In this document: positions 14,435-20,000 of the stretch, one piece after another | Layout: every line of letters starts with the position of its first letter | Numbering within the stretch: position 1 is the stretch's first letter | From: an uncultured virus (IMG/VR IMGVR_UViG_2875733747_000004) | Taxonomy: Duplodnaviria; Heunggongvirae; Uroviricota; Caudoviricetes | DNA length: 20,000 bases | Reading direction: 5' to 3' (one strand) | IMG/VR virus record: IMGVR_UViG_2875733747_000004 | The notes under the pieces: generated by a model | The model's input: the letters and a program-made list of their open reading frames with translations, nothing else | Database searches by the model: none | What the model was told of the DNA's origin: nothing | Made by a program: the position numbers and the translations under genes

Positions 14435-14830
14435 ATGGAAACAAATAAAACAATCGATTTAATGAATTATGTGAAATTTCCAAAAAGATACACAGAGGCA
14501 AAAGGCAAATTAGTTGCACAACCAATAACTACTATAAATAGCGCAAGAAGAGTTGAAAATGAAGATATGACTGTTTGCTACATTTTAGATCAGGATGATG
14601 ATGTAATGGACTTTATCTTTGACAGAGATATAATTACTGTTTACTGTCCTGAAAACGGAACTGCGACTGATGAATATTTTTGTGAAATTATATTTAACTC
14701 AGATGACACATTTACCCTAAAGCGATTATCTAATTACGTTACCATTAAAGATAGAAGCTACCCAATGTCAAAAATAAATGACGTAAACATTACGGGCAAA
14801 GTCGTCAGATTATTTAGAGATTTTAAATAA
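14435..14830 (+). CDS. Stand-alone degenerate S24/LexA-like C-terminal domain protein (131 aa)
   Basis: DDTFTLKRL and NDVNITGKVVRLFRDFK resemble LexA/CI peptidase motifs; DDVM in place of GDSM. Confidence 0.6.
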   Translation: METNKTIDLMNYVKFPKRYTEAKGKLVAQPITTINSARRVENEDMTVCYILDQDDDVMDFIFDRDIITVYCPENGTATDEYFCEIIFNSDDTFTLKRLSNYVTIKDRSYPMSKINDVNITGKVVRLFRDFK

Positions 14831-14885
14831 ACTTGGCTTTAATTACGATTAAAAGTACCTATATAGCGTGACGAGAAAAAGGATT

Positions 14886-14921
14886 AAAAAAAATTCAAAA
14901 ACGCCTACTAGTGTAGACGTT
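14886..14921 (-). terminator. Intrinsic terminator on minus strand (likely for the 204-aa membrane protein transcript)
   Basis: Minus strand AACGTCTAC-ACTA-GTAGGCGTT followed by TTTGAATTTTTTTT. Confidence 0.7.
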
Positions 14922-14940
14922 GAATGGTGGTGAGAATTTT

Positions 14941-15066
14941 ATGGCGGATAAAAACAAAAAACAAGAAGCTACCCGTAGTAACCCAATAAACAAAAGTTTT
15001 GAAAAGCCGGGTGCCAGCGAAAACTTAAAAAGCACTTTATCAGAAAAAGCTAAGAAAAAAGATTAA
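14941..15066 (+). CDS. Small basic hypothetical protein (41 aa)
   Basis: MADKNKKQEATRSNPINKSFEKPGASENLKSTLSEKAKKKD; GGTGGTG upstream; stop overlaps the convergent gene by 4 nt; not in ORF track. Confidence 0.55.
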   Translation: MADKNKKQEATRSNPINKSFEKPGASENLKSTLSEKAKKKD

Positions 15067-15677
15067 TATTCATTCATTAAATATAAATCCAATTTAATTT
15101 GTTGTTTAAGGTCTACAAGTGTATGTTTAATATACAATTCATCGTTTGACGCTAAATCAGATACTTTGAAATCTTGTCGCTCAACCTCTAGTAAATCGAA
15201 ATCGCTACCAGCTGAATTATAGGTTTTAAGTTCACCCTCTTCAATGATTCTGTTTTCAAAGTCTTTAATAACTATAAATACTGGTTTACCGTTGTTATTA
15301 AACAACTTGTCTCTTTTGTCTAATAAGCTTATACAATCCAAATTCATAAACTTTCTTGTTTCATTAATTAACCAGATAATGAATTTAACAATTAAAGGAT
15401 TAAATACAAGCACTGTTAAAACAAAAATAATTAGAAACCAAATATTTGCTTTTAGACCTGTAAGCAACTGAAGTAAACTCAAATTTTTTAAATCAACATT
15501 ATTAAAAATTATAAAAGTATAAAACCATATCAAACATGTTTCAATAGAAAAAATCAATAATACAGGAGTATTGATAATCTTGTTTTTTTCACTAACTAAA
15601 CCTATCATTGTTAGATATTTATATGGTATGTAACCTAAAACTCCTGTAAGAAGAAGCGCCCCTAGAAATTGAGTCAT
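15063..15677 (-). CDS. Integrase-adjacent membrane protein (about 3 TM segments + soluble C-terminal domain)
   Basis: Hydrophobic segments in the N-terminal half; AGGTGA RBS; own promoter and terminator. Confidence 0.8.
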   Translation of the reverse strand: MTQFLGALLLTGVLGYIPYKYLTMIGLVSEKNKIINTPVLLIFSIETCLIWFYTFIIFNNVDLKNLSLLQLLTGLKANIWFLIIFVLTVLVFNPLIVKFIIWLINETRKFMNLDCISLLDKRDKLFNNNGKPVFIVIKDFENRIIEEGELKTYNSAGSDFDLLEVERQDFKVSDLASNDELYIKHTLVDLKQQIKLDLYLMNEY

Positions 15678-15699
15678 CTTATCACCTACTTTTTATTTT

Positions 15700-15730
15700 A
15701 TTATAACATATTTAGTACCTAGTACTAAAT
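15700..15730 (-). promoter_or_regulatory. Promoter for membrane protein gene with overlapping inverted repeat
   Basis: Minus strand TTAGTA-17-TATAAT with extended TGn; IR ATTTAGTAC-CTA-GTACTAAAT at 15710-15730. Confidence 0.6.
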
Positions 15731-15733
15731 TTT

Positions 15734-15770
15734 GGGTAGCCCACCTACCCTTATTATTTTTTACAAATTT
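15734..15770 (+). promoter_or_regulatory. Conserved int upstream element (reported SigH-dependent promoter region)
   Basis: GGGTAGCCCACCTACCCTTATTATTTTTTACAAATTT closely matches, from memory, the conserved motif upstream of S. aureus phage integrases. Confidence 0.65.
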
Positions 15771-15772
15771 AC

Positions 15773-15786
15773 AGAACGTACGTTCT
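15773..15786. promoter_or_regulatory. LexA (SOS/Cheo)-type box
   Basis: Perfect palindrome AGAACGTACGTTCT = GAAC-N4-GTTC, 3 nt before the int RBS (AGGAGG 15790-15795). Confidence 0.65.
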
Positions 15787-15802
15787 CTCAGGAGGTATAA
15801 AC

Positions 15803-17008
15803 ATGTGGATTGAAAAATTTAAAAACAAAAATAACGAAACTAAATACAGATACTACGAGAAGTATAAAGATCCATACACAGATAAATGGAAGCGCGTAAG
15901 TGTTGTGTTGAACAAGAATACAAAACAATCACAAAAAGAAGCAATGTTTCGTTTAGAAGAAAAAATAAAAGAAAAACTAAACAACAAGTCGTCAAGCGAA
16001 TTAAAAACTTTGACTTTTCACGCGCTATTAGATGAATGGCTTGAATATCATATAAAAACATCAGGTTCAAAGTTGACTACTCTTAATAATATAAAAATAA
16101 GAATTAGAAACATTAAACGATACAGCTCTGAGAACTTGCTTTTAAACAAACTAGATACAAAATATATGCAGATATTTATTAATAAATTATCAGATATCTA
16201 TTCTCAAAATCAAGTAACCCGTCAACTCGGAGATATGAAAGGAGCTATTAAATATGCAGTTAAATTTTACAATTATCCAAATGAATATTTGTTAACTAAT
16301 GTCAAAATTCCTAAAAGAAGAAAAACAATAGAGGATATCGAAAAAGATGAATCTAAAATGTACAACTATTTAGAAATGAACCAAGTCCTACAGATACGTG
16401 ATCATATACTAAATGATAATAAGTTACACAAGCGAAATCGCATTTTAATTGCCAGCATCTTAGAAGTACAGGCTTTAACTGGTATGCGCATAGGAGAACT
16501 ACAAGCACTGCAGGAAAAAGATATAGATTTATTAAACAAAACTATCAATATAACAGGTACAATTCACCGCATTAAATACGAGGAAGGATTCGGATACAAA
16601 GACACTACAAAGACTATAAGTTCAAAAAGAAGTATCAGCATCAATTCTAGAACCGTAGAAATTTTTAAAAAGATAATACTGGAAAACAAAATGTTGAAAA
16701 GATGGAATTCGAGCTATGTTGACAGAGGGTTCATATTCACAACAAAAAAAGGGAATCCTTTATGTAATAATCAAATCGCCGGTGTGCTTAAGAAAACTAC
16801 AAAAGCTTTAAATATGAATAAGAAAGTTACCACGCACACATTTAGACATACACACATAACTTTATTAGTAGAAATGAATGTTTCTTTAAAAGCAATTATG
16901 AAAAGGGTAGGACATGTAGATGAAAAAACAACCATTCGCATATATACTCATGTAACTGAAAAAATGGATAGAGAACTAACTCAAAAACTCGAAAACATTC
17001 CAAGTTAG
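15803..17008 (+). CDS. int: Tyrosine recombinase / phage integrase (Sa2int-like)
   Basis: TGMRIGE, HTFRH, VGH, IYTH catalytic residues; N-terminal arm-binding domain; AGGAGG RBS. Confidence 0.97.
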   Translation: MWIEKFKNKNNETKYRYYEKYKDPYTDKWKRVSVVLNKNTKQSQKEAMFRLEEKIKEKLNNKSSSELKTLTFHALLDEWLEYHIKTSGSKLTTLNNIKIRIRNIKRYSSENLLLNKLDTKYMQIFINKLSDIYSQNQVTRQLGDMKGAIKYAVKFYNYPNEYLLTNVKIPKRRKTIEDIEKDESKMYNYLEMNQVLQIRDHILNDNKLHKRNRILIASILEVQALTGMRIGELQALQEKDIDLLNKTINITGTIHRIKYEEGFGYKDTTKTISSKRSISINSRTVEIFKKIILENKMLKRWNSSYVDRGFIFTTKKGNPLCNNQIAGVLKKTTKALNMNKKVTTHTFRHTHITLLVEMNVSLKAIMKRVGHVDEKTTIRIYTHVTEKMDRELTQKLENIPS

Positions 17009-17016
17009 CTTAAATC

Positions 17017-17034
17017 TGCCCTTTTTTTGCCCTT
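17017..17034. repeat. Candidate integrase arm-type sites
   Basis: TGCCCTT direct repeats at 17017 and 17028 (11-bp period) between int stop and att core. Confidence 0.5.
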
Positions 17035-17050
17035 ATATTTTTTACAAGCT

Positions 17051-19078
17051 TTATAAAACGCTTGAGAACACTGGCGTTAAAGCTTTTCTTGAATTAAACA
17101 TATCATCATAATGTGATGGTTCAAATATCATTTGTACAATCAAAGGCTTCATGTTCTTAACAATATCATCTAAATGGTTATCTAAAATTGGTGACACTGC
17201 TTTTAAATCATTAAGAAAAGGCTCCCATTTGCCTAAAGTATTATCTAATTCTTCTAATTTAGTTTTAATATAATTACAAGTTACATTAGGAATCAGGGAC
17301 AAAAATTCTTTCTTTTTTACATTTAACATTTCAATTGCATGTCTTAAATTCTTACGTATTTTGGGAATTGTATTAATCAAATATTTTATTACATCGACAA
17401 TTTTCGATGCATATTCATCATATATACCTTGAACATAGTCTGCTATTTTTTTAATACCATCATCGATATGGTCTTTTAATATTTTCATTTTTCTTCCTAA
17501 ATAATTAGAAGGTATAACTAGACCCTGTACCATATTTTCGCCGCTACAATTAATTTGAAAATTTCCATCTAAAATTGTTGCATCTTGTTGTTTCATAATA
17601 CTTCTAATATCTGCAATTTGCCTACCATAAATATCATTTTGATTTTTTATTTGGTCTATATTCTGTTTCACTACTTTCAAATGTTTCATCATTTCTTCAG
17701 ATACTCCATCTCTGAAGTCGTGATCTATATTTTTGAAAATTTCTAAAATTTCATTATCTATACTATCATACACTTTTTCTATAAAAGATTTTATACCTTT
17801 AAACAACTCATTAATTCTTTCTTTTAATGCATCCAATGCAAAATCAGGTAATAAGTGTTTAACAGCACTAATACTTTCTATTGTTTCATCTGCAACTTCT
17901 TCAAGTGAGTTTATTTTACTAATTAAAGTTCTTTCCATTTCTTCTAACTGAAATAAGTTAATCTTATCCTTAAATCCTTCTGATAATTGTTTCTTTCTAT
18001 CTGCAAAATTTTTATTTTCATTTTCTGAGATGTTAAAACTTTCATTTAAAAAGATTACGCATTCTGCTAACATACCACTTGTTTCACCAGTAATCAGTTT
18101 ACTCAACGCATCAAGATTTTCTAAATTAAGTTTAATTAAAGTTCCTCTTCCAGAACGTGCAATCGAATCTCCTGTCCAAACATTTATTGGAATTCGCCCA
18201 TCCATATCTAATGTTATGTTAATAGTCTTTTTTACTTTTTTTCCATTTTTAATTTCTGTATCTTTTACCGACTTTATTTTGATTAGTGGTACAGTATCGT
18301 ATGTGTTATCTTTTCTATTTAACTTCCTTTTATAACCTACATGGCTGTCTATTAAAGTATCTAACCTGGGCACACCATCATTAATGTTAACGCGTTTTCC
18401 TGGCATATCTTTGATGAATGGATCTTGTAACCATGTTAATAAATCGTTGGTACTATTAAAACTAATCATATTATCAAAGCGTGGTCTAGCAAATTTCTGC
18501 CAAGCAGCATAAGGAATCATTGCTGAGTCAGTAGCAACAACTTTTTCATTCGGATGTTTCGCTCCTTGATATTTTGCTCCTGCACCGCCTTCCGAATTAC
18601 CGCCATCCGCCACAATGGTTTTGTTTTTGAAGTTACTTGATTCCATTCTATATTTTTTTAAAAAATCACTATTTGATAATCTATCTGCATCTTCTAACTT
18701 TATTTTATATTGATTTGATAATTGATCTGTTTGCTTTAAATAATCTGTGCTTTCATTATCATTATTCATTAATTTAGCATTTTGGAGCCAATCATCTCCA
18801 AACCCCGATGATTTTAATGGATTATTTGGATTAATTGCCTCATTAGATGTTCCTTGATAAATTATTGTCTGTTGACCAGTTGGTTTACTTTTATCATCTA
18901 ATAACTCATATATTTTAATATCAGCAGCACCATTCAAATTACTATTCTTATCATCATTATAACTGTCTACTTGTTTAAACCTTTTTCCATTAACTTTAAA
19001 TTCTTTTTTTATATCAATATTTTGATAAACCCAGTAACTACTTAATTCTGTTAAATCCCTATCATTAATTTTATTCAT
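17051..19078 (-). CDS. Host lipase-like (alpha/beta hydrolase) protein with long helical C-terminal region; 3' end replaced by prophage sequence
   Basis: IIYQGT, DDWLQN, GNSEGG (GxSxG), NDLL, DSHVG; start likely ATG 19078 overlapping the upstream stop; att core encodes PSHYDDMF near the end. Confidence 0.75.
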   Translation of the reverse strand: MNKINDRDLTELSSYWVYQNIDIKKEFKVNGKRFKQVDSYNDDKNSNLNGAADIKIYELLDDKSKPTGQQTIIYQGTSNEAINPNNPLKSSGFGDDWLQNAKLMNNDNESTDYLKQTDQLSNQYKIKLEDADRLSNSDFLKKYRMESSNFKNKTIVADGGNSEGGAGAKYQGAKHPNEKVVATDSAMIPYAAWQKFARPRFDNMISFNSTNDLLTWLQDPFIKDMPGKRVNINDGVPRLDTLIDSHVGYKRKLNRKDNTYDTVPLIKIKSVKDTEIKNGKKVKKTINITLDMDGRIPINVWTGDSIARSGRGTLIKLNLENLDALSKLITGETSGMLAECVIFLNESFNISENENKNFADRKKQLSEGFKDKINLFQLEEMERTLISKINSLEEVADETIESISAVKHLLPDFALDALKERINELFKGIKSFIEKVYDSIDNEILEIFKNIDHDFRDGVSEEMMKHLKVVKQNIDQIKNQNDIYGRQIADIRSIMKQQDATILDGNFQINCSGENMVQGLVIPSNYLGRKMKILKDHIDDGIKKIADYVQGIYDEYASKIVDVIKYLINTIPKIRKNLRHAIEMLNVKKKEFLSLIPNVTCNYIKTKLEELDNTLGKWEPFLNDLKAVSPILDNHLDDIVKNMKPLIVQMIFEPSHYDDMFNSRKALTPVFSSVL
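17092..17120. other. Prophage attachment site core (int-proximal junction)
   Basis: Reverse complement ACCATCACATTATGATGATATGTTTAATT, close to the 29-bp phiSa2/phiSLT core as recalled; 83 nt after int stop. Confidence 0.8.
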
Positions 19079-20000
19079 CTTTACTGTGCACCCCATATTC
19101 TATTGGACGATTATCATCATAAAAGGCTTTCTTAGTATTAATAGTGGGTTTCCCTATTTGTATTGTGATTGTAGATTTATCTGGTTTATTTTTTAAATTA
19201 TATAATTTATCACTTAGTTCGATTACATCATCTACTGTATTGTCTTTAGTAAAGTTTTTCTTAGTAGAAAAAAGTGTAGCAACAGCATCTGTATTTGCAG
19301 CGTAATTCACTTCTTTTCTTGCTCGTTCCATTCCTTCTTTAAATTCTTTATCATTTTTTCGAATCAGTGGTTCATAATACTTTCGATATTCTTTTAAACT
19401 TCTAGAAGAGTATGTAATATAAAAATATTCATTTTTATATCCGACATTTTGTGTCTTGTTAATTGCCTCTTTTGTAAAGCCTGTATATTGATATTTCTTT
19501 TCATTTTCTTTGAAGAATTTATATAAGTTATCATACTTTTCTTTTTGCGCTCGATATTCAAAGCCACTCAGCACTGTACCCACCATCATACTCATATCAT
19601 CACCATTGTCATTACTGCGCATTGATCCTTTTTGATGGATGGCATCTTTGTACAAAGGTAGACTTGCATTAAATACAATGCCATGATCTTCACAATGCAC
19701 ATAAACTTCTACACCATCATCTTTACCTACAACATTTGTAGCTTTAACTTTTAGTCCAAAGTTATCTTTAAAGAATTGTTCACCTACTTTTTCAAATTCT
19801 TTACGATGCTTCTTCGCAAATTCAATCGCATTTTTTTCTGCAGGCGGTTGAAAGCCTTGGCCTACATATTTTGAAGCTTCCATTTCTTCTGGTACAGATT
19901 TTGTTTCTGTTTTTGTGTCTTTTTTTGATTCATTTTCCATCGTGGAACATCCCCCTAAAATTAATGTCGTAGCTAAAACTGATCCAATGAATTTTTTCAT
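19071..20000 (-). CDS. Host lipoprotein, DUF1672-like
   Basis: Lipobox LGGC; SKYVGQGFQP...FFKDNFGLKVKATNVVG signature; 309 aa, ATG at window end. Confidence 0.8.
   Translation of the reverse strand: MKKFIGSVLATTLILGGCSTMENESKKDTKTETKSVPEEMEASKYVGQGFQPPAEKNAIEFAKKHRKEFEKVGEQFFKDNFGLKVKATNVVGKDDGVEVYVHCEDHGIVFNASLPLYKDAIHQKGSMRSNDNGDDMSMMVGTVLSGFEYRAQKEKYDNLYKFFKENEKKYQYTGFTKEAINKTQNVGYKNEYFYITYSSRSLKEYRKYYEPLIRKNDKEFKEGMERARKEVNYAANTDAVATLFSTKKNFTKDNTVDDVIELSDKLYNLKNKPDKSTITIQIGKPTINTKKAFYDDNRPIEYGVHSKDE

Larger units (their letters stand above)
1..17120. mobile_element. Staphylococcal temperate prophage (Sa2int-like), lysogeny + replication modules; continues beyond window start
   Basis: Integrase, cI/cro switch, DNA polymerase, dUTPase, rinB and VirE-type gene in canonical staphylococcal Siphoviridae order; ends at an att-core-like 29-mer at 17092-17120 followed by chromosomal-type genes. 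Confidence 0.95.

Noticed and set aside
14941..15066. 41-aa ORF as the excisionase
   Set aside because: Position fits but there is no HTH pattern; the HTH protein at 11748-12011 is a better RDF candidate
1..17120. Calling this a PVL-converting phage
   Set aside because: lukS/lukF would lie at the other prophage end, outside this window; integrase type alone does not establish it
15244..18335. ORFs 15244-15471 (+), 15840-16070 (-), 17733-17951 (+), 18030-18335 (+)
   Set aside because: Antisense shadows of the membrane protein, integrase and lipase-like genes
19079..19096. Upstream start MGCTVK for the lipase-like gene
   Set aside because: Lies further inside the lipoprotein gene; ATG 19078 overlapping the upstream stop region is the more typical coupled start

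Overview
Left arm of a Staphylococcus aureus-type temperate siphophage prophage (Sa2int/phi12-phiSLT-like organisation), spanning 1 to about 17120, joined to host chromosome (about 17121-20000). The phage part has a minus-strand early/replication operon (cro, small ORFs, DUF2800 nuclease, DUF2815 SSB, family A DNA polymerase, trimeric dUTPase, rinB, VirE-type primase-helicase) ending in an iteron-like repeat cluster. It also has a divergent lysogeny module (short XRE repressor, ImmA-like protease, lipoprotein, stand-alone LexA/S24-like domain, 41-aa ORF, membrane protein, tyrosine integrase) and a 29-bp att core. The core lies in the 3' part of a host lipase-like gene that is coupled to an upstream lipoprotein gene. 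The most notable observations are an apparently catalytically dead stand-alone S24 domain, a perfect LexA-type box just upstream of int, a repeat-flanked two-gene cassette with a possible Sm/Hfq-like protein, two unlisted micro-ORFs, and integration into a probable T7SS-type lipase toxin/immunity pair. Family assignments come from motif recognition by eye; no searches were run.
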